Shown here: positions 9,688-18,710 of the stretch, in pieces
Layout of the letters: each line of letters opens with the position of its first letter
Position numbering within the stretch: position 1 is the first letter of the stretch
Assembly (NCBI GenBank): GCA_963708295.1
Contig: CAVPSJ010000005.1
Coordinates: 64,001-128,000 of the forward strand
Source: an uncultured delta proteobacterium
GTDB lineage: Bacteria; Desulfobacterota; BSN033; UBA1163
DNA length: 64,000 nt
Reading direction: 5' to 3'
The notes under the pieces: model-generated
What the model saw: the letters and a program-made list of their open reading frames with translations, nothing else
Told to the model about the DNA's origin: nothing
Database searches by the model: none
Position numbers and translations under genes: made by a program

Positions 9688-11076
9688 ATGGAGAAAAATT
9701 GGGAGGCAATGGAGGCGCTCTTCAACCCAAAATCTGTTGCGGTGATCGGGGCCTCCGACAATCCGGGCAAGCTGGGATCTCATGTGATGAGAAGTCTTAC
9801 CGAAGGGAAATATCCCGGCAGAATCTATCCCGTCAACCCGGGGAAGAACGAAATCATGGGAATAAAGACCTATCCTTCCCTTCTTCAGGTTCCCGAATCC
9901 GTGGATCTCTCCGTGATCGTCCTTCCGGCCGAACAGGTGCCCAAAACAGTTATCGAATGCGGAGAAAAGGGAGTGAAAGGAATCGTCCTCATCACGGCGG
10001 GATTTAGAGAAATCGAAGATCAAAAAGGACAGGCTTTGCAGAGTGAGGTGACGAAACTGGCAGATCAGTTCGGCATCAAAATCATCGGCCCGAACACCTT
10101 TGGAATTGTAAACCTCCATCTCCCCCTCAACGCGTCGTTTACTCCGGAATTTTCCCGGGTGGACAAGGGCGGAATTAGCCTGGTCAGCCAGAGCGGAGGG
10201 ATGTCCCACCTGATCGCTTTTCTGTCTCTCCAGAACAAAGTCGGTTTGAGCAAAATCATCGGTTTGGGAAATCGTTGCAATGTCGATTTTTCGGAGACGG
10301 TGGAATACTTGATCCGGGATTCTCAGACGAAGGTGATCGCGCTGTATCTGGAAGGGATCGACCAGCCCAAAAGATTGATGGAGGCGGCCGAGCGAGGAAA
10401 AGGAGAAAAACCTATTCTCGCCTACAAGGTCGGACGTTCTCCCACGAGTGATCAGGCCTCTCAATTCCATACAGGCTCCCTCGCGGGGAAGCACGAGATC
10501 TATGAGGGTGCCTTTAAACAGGCCGGGATTTTAACGGTCGGAAGTTCGGAAGAGCTTCTCGACGCGGCAAAGGCGCTGACCCTGTGCCCATCTCCCGAAG
10601 GCAATCGAGTGGCTGTGCTTTCGGGGCAGGCCGGGCCCGGGATGGCTGCCTGTGATGTCTGTGAGATGGAAAGGTTGATGATTCCTGCATTCTCGGCGGA
10701 AACCCAAAAGAAGGTGGAGGAACTGCTTCCCCCCCTCGCCATCCGGACGAACCCTGTGGATATGGGACCTGCATGGTATGATTCAGCGGCGATCAAAGGA
10801 ATTGTAAATGCCGTTTTGGAAGACAGAAAGATCGATGCCGTCATCCTATGCATCATGTTCGCCTCGGCCAATCGGTCTGCTGCCGGAGTCCTCACCGGTT
10901 TTCTATCGGAAAGGAGACCTCCTAAACCGATCCTGTGCTGCTTTTCCTCCCCGCCGGGAATCTGGGACAATGAAATCAAACAGCTTGAAGCATCGGGCAT
11001 CCCGAACTATCCCACTCCGGAAAGGGCGGCAAAGGCGCTCTCGAACCTTTACAGGTATCACAGAAGGAGAAGCTAA
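9688..11076 (+). CDS. Acyl/acetate-CoA ligase (ADP-forming) alpha-type, CoA-binding protein
   Basis: Motifs FNPKSVAVIGAS, IIGPNTFG, SQSGG, GLGNRC, HTGSLAG and NPVD. Confidence 0.92.
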   Translation: MEKNWEAMEALFNPKSVAVIGASDNPGKLGSHVMRSLTEGKYPGRIYPVNPGKNEIMGIKTYPSLLQVPESVDLSVIVLPAEQVPKTVIECGEKGVKGIVLITAGFREIEDQKGQALQSEVTKLADQFGIKIIGPNTFGIVNLHLPLNASFTPEFSRVDKGGISLVSQSGGMSHLIAFLSLQNKVGLSKIIGLGNRCNVDFSETVEYLIRDSQTKVIALYLEGIDQPKRLMEAAERGKGEKPILAYKVGRSPTSDQASQFHTGSLAGKHEIYEGAFKQAGILTVGSSEELLDAAKALTLCPSPEGNRVAVLSGQAGPGMAACDVCEMERLMIPAFSAETQKKVEELLPPLAIRTNPVDMGPAWYDSAAIKGIVNAVLEDRKIDAVILCIMFASANRSAAGVLTGFLSERRPPKPILCCFSSPPGIWDNEIKQLEASGIPNYPTPERAAKALSNLYRYHRRRS

Positions 11077-11128
11077 GATCTCCCTACTCTTACCGCGGGG
11101 AGATCCACAGGACTTTTCGGAGGCAAAG

Positions 11129-11557
11129 GTGGGCTTTTTCAATTCCCTTTTGATACGAATCACCCTGGCTATCCTCGGAGGAGCTCTTTATGCCTTATTG
11201 ACTTATGCACTCACCCTATTTCTCCGCCTTTCGTCCCCCCTCGCGATCCTGGCTGCATTTCTTGTCTATCTCCTTTACTTGGGCTCAAGGCTTCTTCTCC
11301 TTTTTTCTGGAATCGACTCCCCTTACTATCAACGCGGAAGAGAAGGACCTTCCAAAACACTCCCCGAGAGGAATTCCTTCCAAGATGCAGCTCAATGGGT
11401 CGGCAAATTTTATCACCAGCATGACATCGTTCTTTTCGTTTTTCTGGGGTTTCTCTCTCTTGCGTTCCTGATCTCCATCGTCAGGGATGGGTTAGGAGGG
11501 AACCCTTTGGGAAGGACGATTCAAAATCTCTGGAACACCTTATGGCCTATTCCATGA
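11129..11557 (+). CDS. Hypothetical membrane protein
   Basis: GGAGG then GTG at 11129; three hydrophobic segments. The upstream part of the track ORF overlaps the ligase and is probably spurious. Confidence 0.65.
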   Translation: MGFFNSLLIRITLAILGGALYALLTYALTLFLRLSSPLAILAAFLVYLLYLGSRLLLLFSGIDSPYYQRGREGPSKTLPERNSFQDAAQWVGKFYHQHDIVLFVFLGFLSLAFLISIVRDGLGGNPLGRTIQNLWNTLWPIP

Positions 11558-11597
11558 TTTTCATCTCCCCCTCCCACCCGTCTTACCCTTCGCCATT

Positions 11598-11696
11598 GCG
11601 GCTGTTTCGCAACACGAAAAATGGTCCTCAGAGGCCCGCATTCTAAAGCTTTGGAACCCGACTGCCTCTCCAGGCGTTTGATTGCGGCACAGTCTC
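11598..11696 (+). mobile_element. Short copy of the MITE-like element
   Basis: Ends GCGGCTGTTTCGCAAC and ATTGCGGCACAGTCTC. Internal CCCGCATTCTAAAGCTTTGGAACCCGACT is shared with the 57639 copy. Confidence 0.7.
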
Positions 11697-11715
11697 CTTC
11701 GGCGAGGATGACAGG

Positions 11716-12999
11716 TTACAATCTCTGGATGAGGTAAAGAAATGCGGGGAGACGGCTTTCGGTCTTTAGTCTAAGAAACTTTCTCAACAGTTCCCTTCTG
11801 CTTTTCTTTTCCCCCATTCTTCCGTCCACGAGCGGTGACAGGTAGATCGCTCCTTTGGGACTCCCGGGACTCACTCTGTTTCCGGCCAAATCTGAAAGAG
11901 AAGGCAAATGACCCGAGGGAAGATCTTCTCCCATAACGAAGTTCGAAGTCACCTCAATCTTCGCATACCTTCTGTTGATATCCAACATCCTTGCAAAGGC
12001 CTCTCGAATTTTTTCGACGGAAATGGGCTTCCTCAATGCCTCCAGCGTTTTGGGATCATTCGATTCAAACCCGATGTTGATATGGGTAGAAAAAGGGAAG
12101 CGGCTCAGTGACTCAAAGAGTCCTTCTTCAGAGCGGATCATGGAATCCACGCTCCCGAAAAGAAAAAGCCAGGCTCCCCGGAGATGAGACCGCTCAAATT
12201 CAAATATTTCATAGGCACGTTCGGCAGCCGTTTCAACAAGCTCACGTCCTGCGGAAAGAGCGTCGTGCTGCCCCAGGAAAATGGCATTGTAATTGTGGAG
12301 GTCCCGCCCCAAGAACCGTTTCACATCTTGCATCTGTCGTATCACTTCTTTGGCAGTCCGGGGAGCGAAATCCTGACCCGTCTTCACTTTACAAAAACCG
12401 CAGTGATAGAGACATCCATCCGCGACGATGATGGGAATGACTTCATAGTCCACATGCCGGGTATCGGGTGGGAGCACCGTCACGTGTCCCCCGATCAAGC
12501 GATGCAATCGATCGGCTCTCCGCCTCAGGGTCTCCTCATCATTCTTGACAACGCGAGTTAAGAACTCTTTAAGACTCTTTGGCTTGGGTCTCGAGATCCG
12601 TTTGTCTATTTCGATCCGGAGTGCCTGCAGGGACTTCCCGGCCAAGATGACAGGATGATCCGTAAAGGGATCTCCATCCATAATGGAGTTGCTTGGATAA
12701 GAAAGATAAGGGAAATAATACTCACCGAAATAGTCGTAAATGCCCTTATAGTCACCCGCGGAATAATAGACCCAATCATTGCCGAGGGTTCGCTTCAGCC
12801 ACTCTGCCGGATGGGGCCAGGTCCGGGTCAGCCCTTGGATGAACTTAATCTCTCCGTTCAAATTGAACTGGAACAGATATTCCGGGGTTTTCACCTCTGA
12901 AAAAAGGCCATAGCGAAGGGGAAAGCTGACCTTGGAAAACTCCCTCGACCCTTCTTTGTTCAAAGTGATGATGAGATGATCCCGCTGGTAGGATTCCAT
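11716..12999 (-). CDS. Radical SAM protein of unknown function
   Basis: CxxxCxxC motif GCLYHCGFC, followed by IFLGQHDAL and NIGFES; long unrecognised N-terminal region. Confidence 0.85.
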   Translation of the reverse strand: MESYQRDHLIITLNKEGSREFSKVSFPLRYGLFSEVKTPEYLFQFNLNGEIKFIQGLTRTWPHPAEWLKRTLGNDWVYYSAGDYKGIYDYFGEYYFPYLSYPSNSIMDGDPFTDHPVILAGKSLQALRIEIDKRISRPKPKSLKEFLTRVVKNDEETLRRRADRLHRLIGGHVTVLPPDTRHVDYEVIPIIVADGCLYHCGFCKVKTGQDFAPRTAKEVIRQMQDVKRFLGRDLHNYNAIFLGQHDALSAGRELVETAAERAYEIFEFERSHLRGAWLFLFGSVDSMIRSEEGLFESLSRFPFSTHINIGFESNDPKTLEALRKPISVEKIREAFARMLDINRRYAKIEVTSNFVMGEDLPSGHLPSLSDLAGNRVSPGSPKGAIYLSPLVDGRMGEKKSRRELLRKFLRLKTESRLPAFLYLIQRL

Positions 13000-13009
13000 A
13001 AAATAGAAA

Positions 13010-13098
13010 GCCGGAGCTTCCCGGTAAGTTACGATTATTCATTTTGTGCCCCTTCACCCCACCTACCCTGCTTTGGCGGGACGGGCACGTTCCGGCCA
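13010..13098 (+). repeat. REP-like element of the family ending GGCACGTTCCGGYCA
   Basis: The same terminal motif recurs near 50081 and 58678, and CTTCCCGG recurs near 49986. Confidence 0.6.
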
Positions 13099-13236
13099 CC
13101 CAACTTTGAGCTAATGTTAAGTCTGGCCTGTTTGTTTTGCAAGCCTTACTTTTGTGGTATGATAAGTTGCTGCAAAGAAACAACGGATGACTTAAAAAGA
13201 GTGGGTGATTGATCCGAGCATGAAAGGAGAAGGCAT

Positions 13237-14004
13237 ATGAAAGACAAAATTAAGGATTTCGTCTTGGGTTTGGGGGTGGATGATGTCGGCATCGCCGCAG
13301 CCAAAGATTATAAAAGCCCAAGGTCGCCGGATTTGCAAGGGATTTTTCCCGGCGCCAAATCGCTGGTTGTTCTCGCTTACCAGGAGCTTTCAAACTGCGA
13401 AAGCGAAAATATGCAGATTGCCACAGGTGGAAGATTGGATACGTTGGAGTTTGCGCGTTCCTCCAATTACAGGGTGGCACGTTTCTTGGAAAAGGAATTC
13501 AAGGCCAAAGCGATGACTGTCCCCCCCTCCTACCCTCTCCACATGAGTTATGAGACCAGGGGAACATTGGGAGACGTCTCGCTCCGCCATGCTGCGATTG
13601 CCGCAGGCTTGGGTAACTTCGGCCGGCATAATCTGGTCATTCATCCAAAAATAGGCTCCAGGGTGGTCTTCACGGCAGTGATCACAAACTTCGATCTAAC
13701 TTCAGATTCGCCTGTCACCGAGAAGCTCTGTACGGATTGCAATATCTGTGTTGAAAATTGCCCTGCCCATGCCTTGGATGAAGAAGGTAAAACAGAGGAT
13801 ATGAAGTGCCTTAAGGTCAGCCAGCCTTACGGTATCGGAAGCGCCATCCGTTTCTGGACTAAATTTGCAGAGAGCCCGACTGAAGAGCAGAAGAAAATGG
13901 CAAAAGATGTCAACTTCTGGCGCTTATACCAGGCCGGCTTCATCGGATTTCAATACTTCTGCTTCAACTGTATGAAGTCCTGTCCGGTTGGCCGGGGAAC
14001 ATAG
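13237..14004 (+). CDS. Epoxyqueuosine reductase (QueG)/reductive-dehalogenase-like Fe-S protein
   Basis: Motifs SLRHAAIAAGLGNFGRHNL, CTDCNICVENCP and CFNCMKSCP. Confidence 0.85.
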   Translation: MKDKIKDFVLGLGVDDVGIAAAKDYKSPRSPDLQGIFPGAKSLVVLAYQELSNCESENMQIATGGRLDTLEFARSSNYRVARFLEKEFKAKAMTVPPSYPLHMSYETRGTLGDVSLRHAAIAAGLGNFGRHNLVIHPKIGSRVVFTAVITNFDLTSDSPVTEKLCTDCNICVENCPAHALDEEGKTEDMKCLKVSQPYGIGSAIRFWTKFAESPTEEQKKMAKDVNFWRLYQAGFIGFQYFCFNCMKSCPVGRGT

Positions 14005-14286
14005 GATACATCTCATTTATTTGAGATCCAATCAGGTTTCGGAGATATTCTCCTTCCGAGGAATCCTCGTTACTTAAACGTATTCTCGTCCCTTTGTTGC
14101 CGCAAACAAATACCGAATAGACGCCCTAAGTAAAACTTCAAGAAGATGGGGCGCTCCCATTTTTTCCCCTTTCGCATCCACAATTTTAGAATTTTCTGGA
14201 ACCAAATTCTCTCGCCGTTGTCATTAAAAATAAAGCCAGCCCCAATCTAGGGGGCGCCACAAAAATTCAAAAAGGAGGGTTTTCCA

Positions 14287-15702
14287 ATGAAAAGGCTAGT
14301 CGTTTTAATCACTTTTGTCTCATTTTTCGGGTTTCTTCGAGGAGGTAACGCTGCACCTCTGACCAGCACACTGAGGGATCAACAGAACGTGGCGATCACC
14401 GTCTACAATTCGAATATTGGCTTGGTCAAGGATACTCGGCTTCTTGAATTTAAACCTGGGGTTCACGAATTGAAGTTTATGGATGTGGCAGCCAAGATCG
14501 ATCCCACAACGGTCCACATCAAATCCCTCATCAACGGGTCGAGTCTCAAGGTCCTGGAGCAGAACTACGAATACGACCTTCTCAGCCCCCAGAAACTCCT
14601 TGAAAAGTTTGTGGGGCAGAAGGTTCAACTTGCCTCGATCAACCCTGAGACGAAAAAAGAGGAGATCATCGAAGCGACCCTCCTCTCTACTCAGGGTGGA
14701 AATATATTCCAGATTGGGGATAAGATTCATATTGGCCATTACGGACGCGTCCTCCTCTCAAGAATTCCTGAAAACCTCATTCCTCAACCGACATTGGTCT
14801 GGACGTTAGACAATAAACTCTCAAAACCTCAGAAGCTGGAAGCCTCTTATCTCACCTCCGGAATAAACTGGAAGGCGGATTATGTCGCGGTTTTAAACAA
14901 ATTGGACACGATGACTGATTTGACGGGCTGGGTGACGATTGACAATCGGAGTGGTGCCACTTATCAAAACGCTCTGCTTAAGTTGGTTGCTGGCGATATC
15001 AACCGGGTTCAAGGTGAAATGAGAATGGATTATGCCAGGCCAATGGCTGCGGCGAAAGAGGTCAGCCAGCAATTCAAAGAAGAGTCTTTCTTCGAATATC
15101 ACCTTTACACCTTAGACCGGAGAACCACGGTTAAAGACAATCAGACAAAGCAGATGACCCTTCTTGACGCCAATCAGGTCCCCATCAAGAAACTTTTCAT
15201 CTTCACGGGATCGCCTCAATACTACTACACTCAAATGAACCAGGGGACAAATAAGCAAAAAATTGGGGTTTTCCTCGAACTGGAAAACACGAAAAAGAAT
15301 AACCTTGGAATGCCTTTACCCAAAGGCACCGTCAGGGTTTACAAAGAGGACAAGGACGGGAGCCTCCAGTTTGTCGGGGAAGACCGAATCGACCATACCC
15401 CCAAGGATGAAAAATTTAAGATGAAGATCGGAGAGGCTTTCGATGTGGTGGGAGAGCGAATTCAGACGGATTACAAACGTCTGGGCTCCAATCTCTTCGA
15501 GGTAGCCTTTGAGGTGAGCTTAAGGAATCACAAGAAAGAAGACATTAAAGTCTTGGTGGAAGAACCGATTCCCGGCGATTGGGAGATGCTTTCGAACAGC
15601 CATCCTTTTGAAAAGCTTCAGGCCCATTTGATCCGTTTCGATGTCCCCGTGGGCAAAGATAAAGAGGTGAAAGTCAAATACAGAATTCGGTTCCGATATT
15701 AG
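14287..15702 (+). CDS. DUF4139-type secreted protein
   Basis: Signal peptide; motifs AITVYNSNIGLVKD, EQNYEYDL, SYLTSGINWKADY, FFEYHLYTL, GMPLPKG and GEDRIDHTP. Confidence 0.85.
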   Translation: MKRLVVLITFVSFFGFLRGGNAAPLTSTLRDQQNVAITVYNSNIGLVKDTRLLEFKPGVHELKFMDVAAKIDPTTVHIKSLINGSSLKVLEQNYEYDLLSPQKLLEKFVGQKVQLASINPETKKEEIIEATLLSTQGGNIFQIGDKIHIGHYGRVLLSRIPENLIPQPTLVWTLDNKLSKPQKLEASYLTSGINWKADYVAVLNKLDTMTDLTGWVTIDNRSGATYQNALLKLVAGDINRVQGEMRMDYARPMAAAKEVSQQFKEESFFEYHLYTLDRRTTVKDNQTKQMTLLDANQVPIKKLFIFTGSPQYYYTQMNQGTNKQKIGVFLELENTKKNNLGMPLPKGTVRVYKEDKDGSLQFVGEDRIDHTPKDEKFKMKIGEAFDVVGERIQTDYKRLGSNLFEVAFEVSLRNHKKEDIKVLVEEPIPGDWEMLSNSHPFEKLQAHLIRFDVPVGKDKEVKVKYRIRFRY

Positions 15703-15829
15703 TTTCACCCCACCCACACCCCTCCCCCGTTCAGGAGGAGGGGAAAGAGGGTGTTTCACGCGTTGGATAAGAGCAAGAAGAAGATGTTGACAATGGGCCA
15801 CGGTTCATTTATTTGATATCAAGATCGGA

Positions 15830-16798
15830 GTGGACGGGATGATCGGAAAAAAGAAGTTTTTTTTAGGGAGATTCTTAGAAATCCATCTGGGGTATCTTCT
15901 ATTCAGATTCTCTACCTTTTGGGTCAAATGCCTGCCTGTAGAATTTTTGGCATCGTGTGGGGGAAAACTTGGCCTGCTGGCTTTCCACCTCTTCAGAGGG
16001 TGGAGAAGAGTGGCTTTTGCTAATCTGAACCTGGCGCTGGGAAGGGAGAAGGGTAAAGACGAAATTTATTGGATCTGCCGGGAGCTTTTTAGGAATATCG
16101 GTAAGGATATGCTCGAGGTTTACCGCTGCCCGGATTTCAAGGATGGCTATTTTAAGACGCTTGTACGGTTCGAAGGGACTCAGCATTTAAACGATGCGCT
16201 CAATCAAGGGAAAGGCGTGATTGCTCTCAGTGCCCATCTTGGAAACTTCCCTTTGATGGGCGCCCGATTAGCCCATGAGGGTTATCCCTTATCCCTCGTC
16301 GCTCGAGATCCAGAGAATCCGAAGATAGCAAGAGCGATCACTGCTTTAAGGGACGCGGTCGGCATGGAATCCATTCCCGATGAGCCCCGGATGGCCTGCG
16401 TGTCAAGATGTTTCAAAGCCTTAAAAGGAAACCGGGTCCTTTTGCTTCAGATTGACCAGAACGCACCCGTCACAGAGGCCTGGGTCGACTTTTTTGGCTG
16501 CCTCGTTCCTACGTTTAAAGGACCTGTGCTCTTTTCCATGCGTACCGGGGCGCCGATCCTCCCTATATTTATGAAGCGAAACTCGGACAACCTCCATCAG
16601 ATCACCATCCACCCTTCTTTCACTCTAAACATCACTGGAAATGCGGAACAGGATGTCTCCTCCAATACGGCCCGGCTCACCAAAATCATCGAAGGAGCCA
16701 TCCGGCAATATCCCGAACAATGGTTGTGGATCTACCGCAGGTTTAAAAGGGCGAGGGATATTAAAACGGGTGAAAGGTTATTTCACAAACACCCCTGA
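15830..16798 (+). CDS. Lipid A/lysophospholipid acyltransferase (LpxL/HtrB family)
   Basis: Motifs GKGVIALSAHLGNF, IDQN, VDFFG and IRQYPEQWLWIYRRFK. Confidence 0.9.
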   Translation: MDGMIGKKKFFLGRFLEIHLGYLLFRFSTFWVKCLPVEFLASCGGKLGLLAFHLFRGWRRVAFANLNLALGREKGKDEIYWICRELFRNIGKDMLEVYRCPDFKDGYFKTLVRFEGTQHLNDALNQGKGVIALSAHLGNFPLMGARLAHEGYPLSLVARDPENPKIARAITALRDAVGMESIPDEPRMACVSRCFKALKGNRVLLLQIDQNAPVTEAWVDFFGCLVPTFKGPVLFSMRTGAPILPIFMKRNSDNLHQITIHPSFTLNITGNAEQDVSSNTARLTKIIEGAIRQYPEQWLWIYRRFKRARDIKTGERLFHKHP

Positions 16799-16838
16799 AA
16801 GGCGACGGAACACAGCGACAGAAGGGAGGATGAAAATC

Positions 16839-17672
16839 CTAGAACCCGCTCATCTCCATCCGGATCATGCTATCTGCAATTTCATCCTTGAAGATATCAA
16901 GAACCCGATTTCTTATGGCAAAAAATTCTTCGCTTTCCGTTATCTCCAATTTCCGTGGTCTCGGAAGATCAACCTCGATCACATCCATCACATGAGCGGG
17001 TCTCTTGCTCAGCACCACCACCCGATCTGCGAGGTAAACCGCCTCGTTGATATCGTGAGAGATGAAGAGAATCGTGGTTTTCGTCTTTCCCCAAATGTCA
17101 AGCAATTTGTCATGCATATAGAGGGTGGTTTGAAAATCAAGGGAGCTGAAGGGTTCATCCATGAGCAAAACATCGGGTTCATAAAGAAGGGCCCGGAGAA
17201 TGCAGAGAAGTTGTTGCTGCCCTCCGCTCAGTTGATAAGGATACGCGTCGTCCTGAACCTTGAAGTCAAGGTTGAAGAGAAATTGCTCGATTCGCTTCTT
17301 TCTCTCTCGCCTCGGAACTTTGTTCAACTCCAAAGGAACGAGCAGGTTGTCAAAACATGTTCTCCAGGGATAGAGCGATTCACGATAGTTCTGAAAGATA
17401 TATCCGATCTTGGCCTCAACGGAGGGTTTTCCCCCTATCGATATCTTCCCATATTCCTGGTCTTCCAAGCCGGCGATGATCCGAAAGATGGTGGTCTTCC
17501 CGCATCCGTTGGGACCCACCAACGTGATAAACTCTCCGGTCTTGCAGGAAAAATTGACGTTGTCGAGAACGCGAAGGTTTCCCTGGAACCCCTTTTCTTT
17601 GACCGAGGTGCTCGAAAAGGTCTTTGTCAGACCTTCCACTCTCAAATAATCTTTAGCTCCTAGTCGTGCCAT
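16839..17672 (-). CDS. ABC transporter ATP-binding protein (NitT/TauT/SsuB type)
   Basis: Walker A GPNGCGKTT, signature LSGGQQQ, Walker B LLMDEPFS and ISHD. Start at the ATG at 17672, next to the SBP stop. Confidence 0.93.
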   Translation of the reverse strand: MARLGAKDYLRVEGLTKTFSSTSVKEKGFQGNLRVLDNVNFSCKTGEFITLVGPNGCGKTTIFRIIAGLEDQEYGKISIGGKPSVEAKIGYIFQNYRESLYPWRTCFDNLLVPLELNKVPRRERKKRIEQFLFNLDFKVQDDAYPYQLSGGQQQLLCILRALLYEPDVLLMDEPFSSLDFQTTLYMHDKLLDIWGKTKTTILFISHDINEAVYLADRVVVLSKRPAHVMDVIEVDLPRPRKLEITESEEFFAIRNRVLDIFKDEIADSMIRMEMSGF

Positions 17673-17673
17673 G

Positions 17674-18633
17674 TTATTCCTGATAGAAAAGTTTGCTTGT
17701 ATCCACGTGCTTCTGAAACAGCCCTTCCTTCTTGAGAAGCTCAAAGTAAGGTTGGCCCCACGATTTGTCATATTCTTCAACCTTAACCCAATTTTCCCAG
17801 GGAATTTTCATGGCAAAGGGTTCCGGCAGATTTGCATATTTCACGAGAAACTTCCTTGACTCATTTTCGTTCGAGTAAATAAAATCCACCGCCTTATAAT
17901 AGGCTGCCTTTACCTTCTTCGCCACGAGCGGTTTTTCTTTCATGAATTTTGAATTGAAGGAGAAAGGGGCTCCCGGGATGCCGGTTTTAAGGTTGAGCAA
18001 AAGAAGCGGGCTCTTGACGAGACGCCGGCCTACCCCTCTGGCCTCACCAATCATCCCGAAGGGTTCCGGCGCAAAATAAGCATCGACCTGACCGGCTGCC
18101 AATGCCTGAACAATATTTCCGGGTGGAACTTCAATGAGGGTGATCTCTTTATCAGGATTAAAGGAATTTCTCAAGACTGCTTTTGCCAGGGCAAGGGAAG
18201 CCACCCCAGGAAAGGTGCCCATCCGCTTCCCTTTGAGATCCCCTATTCCGTCGAGAGGAGAATCCTTTGCGACCATCAGGGCCATGGTGTTATCCTGAAG
18301 AACTGCGCGGTTTCCGTACATGATAAAGATTTTAAAGGTGCCGGGCATATTCTGCTCAAGCAACCAATGTCCGATGATAGCGCTTCCCGTCTGGACATCA
18401 ATTCGACCGCTGACCAAGGCATCGGTGATGATCGTCCCCGACTCAAAAAGCGTGGCCGTGGCTTTCAAACCTTGCTCCTGGAAATAACCTTTCTCCAAGG
18501 CGACGAAGGTGGGAAGGGCCACCACGAGACCCAAGTATCCTATCCTGACCTCATCCTCCGCCATGGAAGGGTTCGGGCAAAGAATCGTGACCGAAAACAA
18601 AAACACCAGAACCGTTAGCCATTGCTTTTTCAT
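17674..18633 (-). CDS. ABC transporter substrate-binding protein (NitT/TauT/SsuA type)
   Basis: Signal peptide; motifs VRIGY, VALEKGYF, DLKGKR and ALAAGQVDA..PEP. Confidence 0.9.
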   Translation of the reverse strand: MKKQWLTVLVFLFSVTILCPNPSMAEDEVRIGYLGLVVALPTFVALEKGYFQEQGLKATATLFESGTIITDALVSGRIDVQTGSAIIGHWLLEQNMPGTFKIFIMYGNRAVLQDNTMALMVAKDSPLDGIGDLKGKRMGTFPGVASLALAKAVLRNSFNPDKEITLIEVPPGNIVQALAAGQVDAYFAPEPFGMIGEARGVGRRLVKSPLLLLNLKTGIPGAPFSFNSKFMKEKPLVAKKVKAAYYKAVDFIYSNENESRKFLVKYANLPEPFAMKIPWENWVKVEEYDKSWGQPYFELLKKEGLFQKHVDTSKLFYQE

Positions 18634-18710
18634 GGTTCCCTCCTGTCTCTACGGTTCAAATCCGCGTTGCATCACTCTTAACTCAACACTTTCAACTCAT
18701 AACTTTAATC

